Shown here piece after piece: positions 33,958-48,859 of a stretch of 64,000 bases of DNA. Made by a program: the position numbers and the translations under genes. The DNA is from the human T2T-CHM13v2.0 reference genome, Homo sapiens: the NCBI RefSeq assembly GCF_009914755.1, contig NC_060929.1. One strand, 5' to 3'. Under the pieces are notes generated by a model. It searched no databases. It was not told the origin of the DNA and worked only from the letters and a program-made list of their open reading frames with translations. Each line of letters starts with the position of its first letter. Position 1 is the stretch's first letter.

Positions 33958-34946
33958 AGAAAACAGAGCATAATGGTGTATCAAAATGACAAGTCCTCAT
34001 CGGAGGCACTGCATCCAAATTTGCTTACCTCAAACTTTGAGAAGCAGCCAAGATATGAAAACTCTAGAGAAGGAAAAACTTATGCCATGACTGGCAATAA
34101 GAAACAGGCTATAGAAACAAGTGTTTACAAACCAATTGAGGGTACTTAAGTTACACCAGGAAGGATAATAAAAAAAAACCATCTCAAAAATTAGTTGATA
34201 TAATCATAAACCAACACCCTAAAAGGGTTACCTGTACTAGGGTTAGGCAGAGGTCAGTGTTGCTCTGTCCTCACATTCATGGTATGACTGAGAGAAAATA
34301 CAGGGAATATCTTAACTTAGGTGCCACAGAAAATACATTTCACCCCGGCAATAAGCACTTCAGCTGTTGATGGCAAACTTTTTATTCATCTTTCCATACT
34401 CTATCACAGATAGGCGAAAACAACAACTCAATAAACTGAACCATAATTATACTTCTTCTGCAGTGCTTCTTCTCACACTTTATTGAAACATCACTTGTTA
34501 TAGTAACAAAAAGCCTACCTTCTCAACTAATCGGATTTACTTTCACCACTTTTTTGCAGCTCAGTTGGATGATCACGATACATACAACACCTACGCCCTT
34601 TGTCTCCAATTAAATCCCTCAAATTCAGTGGGTTAGGAAAAAAAAAAAGAGTTGAGTGATTCTCATTTATCTCAATAGCTTTCCTTGGTTTTACCCTCAG
34701 TTCAAATCTATGGCTTACCAGAGAGAAGACCAGAGCGCAATATCTCCGTGGCCTTAGTCCTGACTCTATAATGAATCACTTTTAGTTTCTTTTCCCAGGT
34801 GCACCTCTTTCCATCTTTCTCAATTCCTTCACCCTATACTTCACCAACTACCCCACACGCTCCTCACCCTACACCTTACCAACTACCCCATACCCACCAC
34901 ATCACCATGAAAGGAATAAGCTTTTGTGTTTTCAGAGTCTGAGATA

Positions 34947-35402
34947 TGAATAAGATTCTTTCCTTGGTCAAACTTCAGTTAGGCTTCCGAACCTTCTCCT
35001 AAACCCATCTGTGCACTTCTTTGTGAAATCCCATTTTAGCAAAGAGCCTGGCTAAGTCAGTTCAGCAAGAACCCCCATATCTAATTTGATCATCCTTCTC
35101 CTCCACCATCCCCCAGGTGATGTCTGATCACCCCAGCCAGTCTTCCGCAAGAATCCTGTTAGGTTGGTTTAGCCAGAGTCCCCCTTACCCCTTATGCTTC
35201 TTCTTAGTAATTTTCCATCTACTGATCCCCACCCTGCTCTTTGGCTATGAATTCCTACCTCCCCATGCTGTACTTGAAATTGAACTCAATCTTTCCTCTT
35301 GCACTGCAAGAACCCAATGCAGTGGTCCCTATACCTATGGTGATGGTCCTGAATAGTCTTCCTGGCCTTTACTGAGCATCATTGAATAATTTTTCTTTAA
35401 CA
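34947..35402 (+). mobile_element. MER31-like ERV1 solo LTR
   Basis: tccttggtcaaacttcagttaggc, ttttagcaaagagcctggctaagtcag, ending gaataatttttctttaaca. Confidence 0.75.
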
Positions 35403-35796
35403 TGTAACCCTAAGTCACAATGGACCATCTCCTTGACCTCCTAACTTTAGTAACTAGGGCCTCTTAGAAAACCTCAAGTCAGAAATTTAAAATTATATAG
35501 GGATAAAAATCAAGAGAGCAAGCTATGTAACTGGCAGGAAATTCAAAGCAAGAAGGAATTCCCTCACAGCACAAAAACATGGGTACCAACTAGAGTATAT
35601 GGCACAAATAAATTCGAAATTTGACATTTTAAAAGTCATATGAATGAGCTCTCTCTTTAGCTCAATAATGACTCCTGTCCCTTTAAGAAGTTTATTATTT
35701 AACTTATTTCTTAGGCAAGTATAATTAAGAAACAACCACCCATATTGTAGAATAATCAAGGCAGAAAAATTATATGTATTTGTGTGATACAGTATT

Positions 35797-36271
35797 ATGG
35801 TAGGCAGAATAATGGCTCCTCCAAAAGATATCCATATCCTAACCCCTGGAACCTGTGACTGTTACGTTACATGGCCAGGGGGCATCAAGGTTACTAATCA
35901 GCCGACCTTACAAATATTATTCTGAATTAATCCAGGTAGGCTCAATGTAATCACAATTGTCCTTAAGCAGAAAGGAGGAAGTCAGAAGAGTCAGAATCAG
36001 GGAGATGGCATTGTAAGAAAGACTGACTAATCACTGCTGGCTTTGAAAATGAAAAGGGGCCAATAGCCAAGGAATTCAGGTGACCCCTAGAAGCTGGAAA
36101 AGGCAAGAAAAGGGAATCTCCTCTAAAGGAATGCAGCCTGGCTGACATCTTAGTTTCATCCTGGTGAGACCCATTTTGAACTTCTGACCACCAGAACTGC
36201 AAAGTAATAAAATGGTGTTGTTTTAAGCTACTTAGTTTGTGGTAATATACTAGCAATAGAAAACTAATACA
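35797..36271 (+). mobile_element. MLT1D-like MaLR solo LTR
   Basis: tggtaggcagaataatggc...gaacttctgaccaccagaactg...gcaatagaaaactaataca. Confidence 0.88.
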
Positions 36272-38438
36272 AGTGGGATGCCAAAAAATGAATAATAAAG
36301 ACCTAGCTCTTTTCAGTTATATAAAAGGTCATTTCATATGCAATTATCCTTAAAGTATTTGGAGGGGAGGGTGTTGTACTTTTGTTTTCTTTGTACCTAT
36401 TTACAAGGTTTCCTAAAGTCAAATTATTATCTGAAATATCACCTTTCATGAATAAAATCAATAGAAAAAGTCTTCATAGATTTCTGATGTGCCAGAATAT
36501 ATCCAATACATAAGCAATATATACCAGAAGTCCTAGGGAAGCACCATTTTTCCATTATAAGGATAGAAAAAGTTAATGTAATTATTCCCCATTCTATGCC
36601 ATGATTTCAGGGGGTTCCCTATTTTCCATGTACTTATATAAAGCTCCCAAATTATCTTTAAAATAATCCTAGCTTGTTTTCTCCTCACAACTTGGCCTCA
36701 TTTACTCTCCTGAATCAACAGTAAGTCCCATCCCACTCCACCCTTACTATACTCAGCTCCCCACTCCCCCCTCACTGTTAAATACACATTTCTTGGTGTA
36801 AACCTCAGAGGACACAAATCGGCTTTAATACCAACAGAAAATATAATTATCCCTAATCAGATACAAAGAGTTTTAATATATTTCAAAACCAAACTGAATA
36901 ACATTTAACTTCTCTTGGTCACTTACCATTAACCTTAACTATATAGCATATCGCCAAGAATATCGACTTTTTTAAAAACAAAATACTTCGCAGCATCACA
37001 ACTCCCCTTTCTCATCTATTGGAATAGATTCTGGATAATCAACTATTTTATATTTAACACTATTTGATGTCTTTTTATAAGCACAAATTAAACAAAAATA
37101 ATAATCTCTTGTTTTTCTTTCCTTATATAAAGTCTTTGAAAGTATGAGAAAATATCCAATGACTAAAGTCAATTTTATAAAATTATATTTTGGGAGATCT
37201 CCATGTCACATACACAAGCTTCTACCTCCCCTCAGTAACACTGGTTTTAAGATTCTTGAAGATAATTTTAATCATGACAACATTTTTATGTATGTGTGGA
37301 ACCATCAGCTAGTACTATTCCATACAAGGAATCACTCACTGTTGGTCAATAATGTTTTCAGTAATCCAAAGTGAACTGAGGAAAACCAAGAACAAAAAGG
37401 GTTGGTTGGTTGGTTTCCCATAAAACTACCTTTTTTCAATTTAAAAGGACTTATTTATTCAAAGATTATAATGTTCCTACAGGCAGGGGCAGGAGGGTAT
37501 TAAGGTCATGAAATGAACTCAGTAATAGTCCCTGAGGGTTGTTTTTCTAATGTCCTTATTGGCAAACTAAGTCCCACCTTTGCCCACCCCGCCAAGGTTT
37601 TTTTGTTTGTTTTTAATATTATGGTTCTATAAAATCCAAAAATCTGGAAGCTGCTACCTAAACAACTTTGAAAATTTGAGTGGTAAAGGACATAGTGTTA
37701 AGTTATATACAATTTTCTTTTTGAGAGAGGAAATCAATGTCTGTGTTTGTAAAATGTTAACCAAACCACAAAATATCTTTTTGTGATAATTATATTAATA
37801 ACAGTGAGGGTGAAGACAAGACTGAACTTTTCCATCCATGAAGACACATGATGAAAAACAAATCACATATAACTATTATCTACGCCAGACTCCATTCTAT
37901 TTGCTGTAATTCCCACAGGAGACATGCAGGAATTCTGCACTGCCCATGTTTTCAGAAATTAGGACTTTGACTTTTCCTTCCCTCTGCACGTTTCTGCTGA
38001 GAAGCCAGTCTTAAACTGTCATAAATAAGGTAAGACTTTTGGCAGATGCACACTGCTTCGAATTGCTCATCTGTACCTATATTGCCTAAATATGAATCTC
38101 CATTATCCCCTTGGCAATTACATTAACTCCAGACTGTGGCCTTCTTAAAATCCAGACAAATTACCCAATGCCCATACTTCTTTCTAGAAACTAAACATAA
38201 TGCACACACTCTAAAGTTTCCAGTCAAGTCTTGCACTTTTTTTCTCAACCTCTTTACATTTCAGTGCAGATGAATAAGATTTTAAAACGTAAAGGAGTTG
38301 ATGCTTAAAAGCACACCGTAGGTATTGTGGATCAAAGGCCATAATTAAAGGATCAGTTCTGAACATTGTGCCGATTTTGGAGCAAACAAAGCTCATTTAG
38401 TAGTTATCGCTCAGAATCCAATCCAGGTATTTGTGTAG

Positions 38439-38775
<337 letters not shown>

Positions 38776-38779
38776 TGAA

Positions 38780-38985
38780 GTACTTTCCAAGCACTTTGGG
38801 AGGATTATTGTTTTTAATCCTCATAACTCCCCTGGGAGGTATACACTTTACATCAGGCCCCCATGACGGTAAAGGCATCTGCTCAGAGATCGCTTGCCCA
38901 AGATGACACTGCTAACAAGATCTGGGATTTGAACACGAGTCTAATCTGCTTTCAAAACAATATAAACCACTGCATTGCACTGCCT
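38780..38985 (-). mobile_element. MIR
   Basis: tttaatcctcataactcccctgggaggt...gcttgcccaagatgacac. Confidence 0.7.
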
Positions 38986-39864
38986 GTTAGGGAAAACCCA
39001 TCAGGGAATAAAAAGGTATTCCAGCTAGTTTGTTCCAAACAGAACAAAAATTTAGGGACCACCCTTGGCAAAATAACAATGTCCCAGAATCATTGCCTCT
39101 CCTTACTGGCTGGCCCATCTGACACTTACCGAAGAGCAGTTCTTTGCCTTTAGAGTATAACCTTACAGAAGCTGAGGGCTTTGTTAGTTAAACTATTATG
39201 CTAGAATCCCAACCAGAAACTGAAACCTGATATCGTGTTCATGATTAATCATTCAACAAATCTTATTTGAGCACCACCATAATTAACTGTTAAGTAACTT
39301 AAATTCTGCTGTGGAGGACTAAATATGTGAAAGCCATGTTCCTGTCCTCTAGGAACTCCTGGTCAAAGGCACAGTAAGAACAAAGACTGCTCCAGAAACA
39401 GTAACTAAAGTTACCTGATGACCGACCAACTCTCTAACTTCCTTGTCCTTTTCCTCAAATTCATAATTTTCTGGTGAATGGAGAAGAAAGACATGAACAC
39501 TGTTTAATACTTAAAAAGTATCTAGTGGAACAGACTAAATTGTCCTCCTTCCCCCTTATTCTTCTTCTGGTTTGGCCCTTTCTCCTCCACCCCCAGAATC
39601 TGTATTTTTTCTTTGGCTAATCTAGATTAATGATACCAGATTAAGAGAACTGGACAGGAAAAACAAAACAAACCAAACAGTGGCAGTAATAAATAGATTA
39701 TATTGATCTGGCCCAAAGTCTATGTCTGTTTAATGCTAGTAGTTACATAGTTTATGTAGAGTTGCAAGGGGGTAAAAAACTAATCCCAGCACCTCAAATA
39801 CCATAATTAGGACTTCTCGAAGCTTGAAAAGGGTGCCAGTAGGATCAACTTTCTGAGTTTGTAC

Positions 39865-40370
39865 TCTTCATTCATTCAACCCATATTGACTGAGTGCCCA
39901 CCAGTGCCAAGAGGTAGATATTTATAGTGAACAAGGAAGATATGCCCACAGCCCTCATTGAAGTTATAGTCTAGAAGGAAAGTCAATAGTAAACAGAGTC
40001 AGAAATGCATGTTTAAATACTGTCAATGAGAAGCACTATGAAGGGAAAGAACAGGGTGCCTCTTAAAAGTTTACCAGATTGTATACCGTTATACTTCAAA
40101 AAGCTGAGAGGGAAAGAAATCTAAGAGGTAAGTGATCCTATTTAGATGAAGAGTTAGGAAAACCCTCTGTGGGGGATAAGAAAACAAAAAATATCTTAGC
40201 TGAAATAATTAGGAGTTAGCCAGACAAATAAAATGAGGAGAACAACGTTTCATAAAGAAGGAACTATATTTGTGTAAGCCCAGAGGGGAAAAAGAACTTG
40301 ATTTGTCATAGAAATTGAAAAAGCTAGCATGGTCAAGAAGTAGCCGTCAGGGAAAGAGGAGAATAGAAAC
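39865..40370 (-). mobile_element. L2 3' fragment
   Basis: ttcattcattcaacccatattgactgagtgccc...gccctcattgaagttatagtctag. Confidence 0.75.
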
Positions 40371-41079
40371 ACAAGAAAATGAAAGGGCAGCCAACCTTAT
40401 CAACACACCTAAACCAGAAGTCTTCAAATGACTTCTAATAATGTCTCTGATACAAAATCATAATGAATATACAAAGCCCAGATGTAAAAAAGTAAGCAAT
40501 TAAAATACAATACATTTTCAAAATTCTCAAGTGACCAAGATTTGTAACTGGAAAGGCTCGTCTAGTCCAATGAACCCTACATCTTTCAAATGAGAAGGGG
40601 AACCCCACGCCCATGCGTGAGATGCTGTCATCCTCTCTGAATCTCCTTTCTCAAAGCACCCAAGTTCCTCTAGCAGAGAGGAGTCTTGCTTTTCCTGAAG
40701 GGTTCTTCTACACCACATGATGACAATATCCTATACAAAAGGGACACAGAAGCCACTGGACAGTAGGTGCACAAGATGTGGCACGATACTAACTCCCATG
40801 GCCCCTTTCAATATACAAATGTATGTGGGTATCTGTCTGCACAGGGAGACTAAGAGAATTTTAAAAAGAGGCCAAACTGCACTTAAAACTCCTCCAGAAG
40901 AGATATTTTACTTCACCCCCAATGTTACCTCTTCTTAAAAACATGACAGTTACAAGCATCTAAACACAGACAGAGCATGCTTCTATTTAGTCTTATTCCT
41001 GCTCTACAGAATTGTTCACACTGCACCTACACTTTCTGACCAAACCGCCTATTGAGAAGACAATCTGCAGTTACACAAA

Positions 41080-43135
41080 TGAGAAAAGACCTCTTTAAAG
41101 TGGCAGGTTGAATACAGTCATTTAGTTCCACTTTCTCCTAAAACTGCACTAAAATGATTTTAAAAGACATTTTTTTAAAAAAGATAAACACACTTGGACA
41201 TAAAAAATAACTACATTTTGGAAACTAGAAAGCAGAAGAACAAGTGGTAACTGGTCCAGCAGACAAGAAGCTGACTCTAAACAGGCAGTGAAAGAAAGGT
41301 GGGCCACAAGACAGTTTGTTCCCTGGGATTCCCAAGAAGCTCAGGAATGGCTGGAATCCAAGATCCCTTATAAATGGGCATGAAGGAGGGACTAAAAACA
41401 AGAGGATTGGTTCAGATCTCTTTAAAGAAGGACTTAAGAGTTCTAGATCCTCTCTCCGATTTCACAAGCTGGGCAACTGGCTCTGCCACCCTGGTAGAAG
41501 GCTACACCTTTTATTTTCTGTACTGAAGATCACTAGGCACATATTAAAGCAGGAGTATTGTACAGAAAAGGAGAATTAAGTAAAACTTTAGCATAGTGAA
41601 TATTGAGAGCCCAAGGCCCCTTTTCCCCCTTGCTTCCCCCACCACTGAGGCCCAGGCTTACATTCTCCAGGTGGGAGCCTGAAAGATTCTTCTTTGGAAT
41701 ATCTAACTACCCCAAGAGAGAAAACCTAAAGATATGTTATTGGGAGCTCTCTGATAAAACAGCCAAATACCCACGGGAGAAACACACAGTAGATAAATCT
41801 CACTCTTGCACACAGAACTCTGAATTAGCTTCAAATGCCCCACTTTTAAATATAAATAGACAAGAACTGCCAGGCGTCTAAGAAGTCATTAATATGAAAG
41901 ACAGAAACCTAACACAGGAAAAAATTTTTTAAACTTGGGGTATGCAGAACTATACAATGAGATGAAAATCTAATACATATATACATGCACATGCGCACAC
42001 ACACACGCACACACACACATATTCACACACCAAAGCACACCATGAAATTTCAGAAGACTGGAATTGCCAAACAGGATTAAAAACAAAATCATCACCACCA
42101 CCAGAAAAAGTACTTCAGATACAAAATGTTCAGGATCAAAACAATGATGCTGCTCTGGATAGCAACAGCTAGAAGCTTAGAAATAAATGGCATCATGACT
42201 TCAAAACTATGATGGACAATTATTTCCAAGCTAGAGTTCTATACCAACTAAACCATCAGTCATGAGTCCAATAAGCAAAATCTCAAAAAAACCGACTTCC
42301 CATGAACTTTGGAGTAAGCTAAAGAACACAAAGACCTGGAAGCCAGCAAGCATCTTACAGAAGAAAGGGTCCCCTCAACATGATAATTCAGGGGGCCCCC
42401 CAGTGACGACAGCCATGCAGCAGGGCTGGTCAACAACCAGTCCAGATTGGCGTAGATCAGAAGCTTTGAGAGAATGTCACCAAGAAGATGAACTAGATAC
42501 AATTTTATAGCACACCTATTTGAAGTTATGAAGAGGAGATTTATACAACTCAAGAGAGACAGAATATTGACTGAATGATGAGGACGTAGCAAACTAAGTA
42601 AATGACAAAATAGGACAATGACTAACTCAAGAGAAAGTAGAGTTTAATAAAGAAGAAATCATAATATGACAGCAATGAATGGCATTTATAAAGGCATAAT
42701 AATGTAAACACATGGATTTACCCAAAATGAGAACATTAACTATATGGGCAGAATGAAGGAGTAGGGGGAGGTAAAGATGTGTGTTGGGGTGAATGGAGAG
42801 AGAAAAGAGCGAAATCCTCAATTTCCAAAGCAGAAGCCAATAGACAATGCCTAAACCTGAAAAATCAAGAAGTAGCTATATAAGTACATTAACTAGAATG
42901 ATGGTGGTAAATATAAAAAGAGAAAGAGAGAGAGAGAGAGAGAGGCTAAATACAGTAGTTGAAATGGAGAAAGCTAGAGAAAGAGAAGTTAGAGAGGGCA
43001 TTTGAAGGGAGGGAAGGAAGAAGAAGTTCACCATTGACCACTGGTTTTCACATAATAAGTTCTATAAGATTATTTGATCTTTTAGAAAATGTTCATATAC
43101 AACCCTGATAAAAATAAAAACTAAATAATAAAAAG
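41080..43135 (+). mobile_element. HAL1 (half-L1) element, decayed, with internal (CA)n and (GA)n
   Basis: An L1-ORF1-like remnant (gcaacagctagaagcttagaaataaatgg...tttccaagctagagttctatacca) is followed without ORF2 by a HAL1-type 3' end (gacaatgcctaaacctgaaaaatcaagaagtagc...tgataaaaataaaaactaaat). Confidence 0.65.
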
Positions 43136-45047
43136 CCAAGAAATATGGACTAGAATTGAATATCCATTTCTGTCTCCCTTATACTATTAGAAAATGTATA
43201 CCTGTATTTTACAGCACAAGTAGTACCATTCTTTTTAAAGGACTATTTTGAGGTCGTCTTTAGCTTAAAGCACATATAATGAAAAAAAAAATCATTCACC
43301 TCAGGTCATTTCTTTTACCTAGACATTGGCCAGACATGCTGTATAAAGAGACTAATTTTTGAACAGTTACTTGCAAAGTCAACATTCTTCCAGAGTGTTT
43401 GAAACTGACAGCCTTTCTTATTTTTTATCTTTTATTTATTCATAGCCTATCTTCTCCCTCAAAGAAGTAAGAAAGCTATCTTTTTCTTACATGGCAACTT
43501 TCTCTTCAAAATATAAAGATACACAGTGACTTAGAGGATTATAGAATGCTAATAAAACAGAAGAGCTAAGGAGTTCTTTGAAAAAGGAAGAAAAGGTGAA
43601 TAAATGGTAGAAATAACATTAATTTCTTCTTTGTGTCCTAATATTTGGCTTGAATACAATGCCAACTTTTTTTTCCTTAATGTCTTCCATGAAAGCTGAA
43701 AAGGCAAAGAGGCATAACAAGTAAAATTAACAAAAATATGCTTTTTCTTTGTTATTAAGTATTCTTCTAAAAAGCAAGACATTTTTAAACGTACCCACTT
43801 CAAAATATATTGTAAGATTCTGTGACACAGGCATCATTACCATAAAATCCTCCCAATCAAATTATAATTTTCTTTTTCATGAACTATATTTCTTAAGCAA
43901 GGCAAGAACATTTTATTAAAAATAATGCCTATTATCTATTTTATTTTACTATAATCCACTCACTTTCCAGCCAATTTGCTCCGAATATTCTCTTGGAAAC
44001 TTGTACTTCAAGACAATGGCTTCACTCATTACGTTATTTCAACAAAATGATAAATGTATTGTGAAATATATTATATTTGATTATCAAGCTAAAGCATTGC
44101 AAATGGCCATCACAGAACCCAAATTCACCCATAACATTCTATCCCCCAGAATAGTCCTCTGACAACAAATGATAACTGTACATGACAAATCCTTTGAGGC
44201 ATCTGGGCCTTAAAAATTAAAGGGCCATTCTGACTAAAGTATGTTGATTTTCCAAAGGAAGTTTTGTTGCAGTTGTTGCTGCTGTTGCTATTATTTGAAT
44301 TGACTAATCCTCAAGTAGGTTCTAGCCACCCTGAAGAATATTTACAAATACAAATATATTAGAATTGAAAGAGACCTTATATGCCACATAGTTCAATCTC
44401 TTTTCCTTGAGATGCAAAACTGTGGCACAGAGAAGTTAATTCAGTTGACAAACAACTCATGGTTAATTCAGTCTCATAGAACCCAATCTAGTGCTTTTTC
44501 TGCAATAACACATTACAGAGTCTGCAAAACCAGCACAATTACTACCTGACACTGTCAGCAAACAAAATGAAAATACACATATTTTAATAAGTAGTTTTTG
44601 CTTATTTTTGCAGTCACACATAAGATGTTATATCTTTACACAAAACGAAACTAGGATTATTTTTATTGTTCAAAAGACAGACTGTCCAATTATAGCTATT
44701 ACTGAACTAGAAATGTATTTTCAGTTTATCTTCCCAAATCAAGTTAGTGGTTTGTTTGGTATGCACAAAGTATTCCAAAATGTCACAGAGTGGGGGCTAT
44801 TGCAGGGTTTTCTCCTGCTTCCACCAGACCACAAAGGGCAACAAGTTTGGAGGGGACAGGAAGGTTGGGAGCAGAATACAAGGAGCTGTAGAGCTGTTCT
44901 ATCGGTTCAGGTTTTAAGATCCATGAATAGACCCTACTCACCGAGTGAAAGCCCTGACAATTTTATCTGAGCATTAGAAAATAATTCCTTGGGCAGTTAA
45001 AAGATTGGAATATCAAAGAGCTGACATTAGTTTTAGGCAGCGCTTAA

Positions 45048-45363
<316 letters not shown>

Positions 45364-45564
45364 AAATGAAATACTTTTATACTCTTATCTTACTTTTAAA
45401 AAGAATATGATAATCAGAGAGTTCAGGAAGGAAATAAAGAGGAGTAGATAAAGTCCAAAATGAGGAATATGCTTATCTGGAGCACACCTACTTAACCAGA
45501 AAAGAGTAATTTGAGTAGGAAGAAATGCCAAGTCACTAATTTGTTTAAGGATCTTGGTTATTGG

Positions 45565-46246
45565 TTGATTCCATTAGGAATGTGTCTGGCTACAAGTAAC
45601 AGAAAATTCATGTTAGGTGCTTTAAACGGCATCACCAAACCTAAAGGGCCAGAGAGTAAATATTTAAGACCTGCAGGCCATATAGTCTCCGTCACAATTA
45701 CTCAACTCTGTCATAGCATGAAGGCAGCCACAGTCAATACGTGGCTGTGTTTCAGTAACACTTTACTTACAAAAATAGGCAATCAGCCAATGGGTCATAA
45801 TTTGCCAACCAATGGTTTAACCAAAATGTCAATCCCTGGTTTAAACAAATGAGACTTAATTAAAAAGAAGCTGGCCTTTTTTGTAAGGTAGTAAGAAGGG
45901 CACATCAGCTCCAGATGTCACATTTCTGTTTAAGAAGAGGAAAAGGGAAAAGGAAGGTAGAAAAGGGAAAAGGCCACATATGTCCCTTTTCACAGGAAAG
46001 CAAAAACTTTCCCCACAGAACCTCAAGCAGACCCCCTCCCCCATAAGATCACTAGTCAGAACCGAGCAACACAGCCACATCTAGTTGTAAGAGAAGCTGA
46101 GAAAACAGGGAACACAGGAGTCTAAGTGGCTTAGACCAATCATGGTTCATTCATTGCCTGGGGCTAGACACATTGCTGCCTCAGACCAGGGTATTTTAGC
46201 AAGAAGGATAAATGGCTATTGGGTGTACAATGAACAGTGTTTGTCC
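45565..46246 (-). mobile_element. MLT1K/L-like MaLR LTR interrupted by MER58A
   Basis: ggctacaagtaacagaaaa, ggcttagaccaatcatggttc, cctggggctagacacattgctgcc. Confidence 0.7.
45628..45838 (+). mobile_element. MER58A (hAT-Charlie)
   Basis: taaagggccagagagtaaatatttaagacctgcaggccatatagtctccgtcacaattactcaactctg, flanked by (c/g)tttaaac. Confidence 0.85.
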
Positions 46247-46439
46247 TGTTGGACTATTTTTTCTGTTTTCTCTATTGGCATAATCTGCTCAAAGAAAATA
46301 TGCTTTCTTAGCTGTGAACTAATTAGTCAAATGGAGATTGAGAAAGATTAAGCATGTTTGGTGGTAGGGGTGGGGAACAAATAAGAGTGAATCTACTGTT
46401 AGCTACCTAAAAGTAGTGATTTAATGGGGGGGAGATGCA

Positions 46440-46590
46440 GAGTGAGAAATCTGAATAGCAGTCCTGCCAGCCCAGTTTTATGACCTTAGCCAAAACACTT
46501 AACCTACCCATGCCTCTGTTTCTCCAACTGGAAAAATAAAGTTGTTAAATTAGATGTCTCTAAGGTCCCTTGACACACTAACATCCTGTA
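46440..46590 (+). mobile_element. MIR3-like
   Basis: tgaccttagccaaaacacttaacct...attagatgtctctaaggtccct. Confidence 0.7.
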
Positions 46591-48859
46591 TCTCCTTTAA
46601 ATATGTTGTCTGATCAAGCAAACATAGCATAATGTATCCAGTTAAAATTTCCTCCTAAAAATAGTAATGCCCAAATCACAAATGTGGAGGATTCCCAGGC
46701 AGAATAAAGTTTTAAACCAAAGAAGAAAAAGGATTTTATTGAAATAACTTTTCACACATTGCTAAAACACTGGCATTCCATTCAACCCTTCCAATTTCTA
46801 AGAAAACACACGTGTAAGAAGGGTAGTTAACTTTTTTAAAACACTATAAATGTGTCTTGTAAAAATTATACTGTTTCTTACAACAAACTTAAAATAGTTC
46901 TCAAGTCCAAAATGGTAACTGTTCTAGCTAGACGACTAACTGAGGATGCTCGAGTCACCCCCTCCACTGCCACAACCCCAAATAAGCATTGCAAAAGATA
47001 AGGTGGCAGGAAGTAGATTTACTTTTGAGATGCTCTCTCAAATAACCGCCCTTTTAACAATGCACTGGAAATTAATCAAAACACAGTCAGGACCATTGAG
47101 GTTCCTTAAGAAACAGACTTTTCAAAAGGAATCCAAATGAATAACTCTTTTAGCAGTTTGAGGAAAACAGGAATAAAGAAGGAAGACAAGAAGAGAGGCA
47201 GGAAGGGAGAGGGAGAGAACGTTCTGGAGGAAAATTTTGTTTAGCAAAAATGTTCCCATATTTTTTTGAGAAGTCTTCCAGTTTTATATCCATATAGCAG
47301 AGATAATAAAAATCTTCAATAAATGGGTCATAATTTATCCAAAAAAATACCACAAACTAAGTGAAAGCTCTAACACTCCAAGAAATTAGTGCAGAAAATT
47401 ATTTTAACTTAGTACCATTAACCCAATATTCAAAGATTTGAAGATGGACAAAACTGAAAAAATCCATCAGTTTATTGTTTGGAAAAAATGTAATCTTTTG
47501 AGATTTAATTTAGTTGAGCAACAATTGTTTTTGCTACAACTTATCAGATATACTTACGACTAAATTTGAACACATATATGAGAGAGAAGTCTTTTAAAAC
47601 AGGCCAAAATAGCAGTCCCAAACAGAGTAATCAAATGATTACTGTATGGCAAGAGCAAAAAAGAAAGGAAGGAAAGGAGGAAGAGATGGAAGGGGGGAAA
47701 AAAGGAGAGAAGGAAGGAAGGGGGCTTGATAGAAGGACCACTACCCAGAGATGCAGGGGCTGCTGCAGGTTAATAAGAAGCCTTCAGCTCCAGCACATTT
47801 AATAGAGAATACTTTATTCACTAACTGATATAACTTTGCTACAGCCACTGGAGTAGATAAGAGATATCTTTCCAGTAAAAATTCTGCAAAGATTCTGCCC
47901 TGTACTAGAACAGGCAGCAGTTCTCAATCCTGACATACCAAAGGGGTTAGCAGGAGTTTCCCCAAATGCCCATTCTCAGACAGATGAAAGAACTTCCTTT
48001 GAAAAATGCTGGAGCTTTTCACCTCCGCAAAGCTTTTTTCCCTACATATTGTCCTCTGTGGCCATCTCAGCATTTTCATCAGCTCCCAGCCTCTTCACCA
48101 TTTGTCATTTGCACCAACATACAATAGGAAAACACATTTTCCGACATGCCTCAGCGTGTCCAGGATGAGATGCACCCTCACTACTAAGCCGCATTACACG
48201 AAAATGTGTGAAATGCATTGCTTGACCCACTTACACAAAAAGATGCACACCATGTTTAACACGAAACGTCCTGAACACTTCCTGTGGCCATTTCCATTCT
48301 TCTGACTTCATTTCAATGATTGAGAACTTAAGAAGGTTTGGGTCATATTTATTTATTTATTTTAAACCCTCATGTCTCTCACTTTCCTTGCAGGAACCTG
48401 TGACTCTTGCATAGCATAGTAGCTGTGACCCCACATTGGAAGGAGGTATGATCAAAGGCAGCCTGGCCAGACTTGGGAAAACATTTCCACTGAGAATGGA
48501 CATACTGCCTGTCAAAAGGTTATTCCCACCGCGTTGGGGCAGCAGATCACGTTACTCCAGAGTAACAACATGAAAGGGCAAAATCTGGCCATAGTCACCC
48601 ACATACGTGTTTTTCTTTCCAACAAGGGCAAATGGGAGACACCAGCCAGAGCAGAACATCCTTCTTATCACTTGAGGGGGCTTGGGGGTGGGGAGGAGGC
48701 CTTTCCCTAATCAATACTGCTCCTAAGCCGCAGCCACTGTTTAATGCCTTTTATATTTTTCTTTTCATTCAGAAACAGCTCACATTCAACAAGACTTTTC
48801 TGTCTTAAAGTTTTTTTTTTTAAAATCCAAGCAATCACAAGCTATATTCTGTGGAAGAC

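Noticed and set aside
34829-34898. Two diverged 35-bp C-rich tandem units
   Set aside because: Ordinary local duplication without spacers; not an array.
39123-39230. Strong minus-strand donor (TCG|gtaagt)
   Set aside because: No convincing acceptor nearby.
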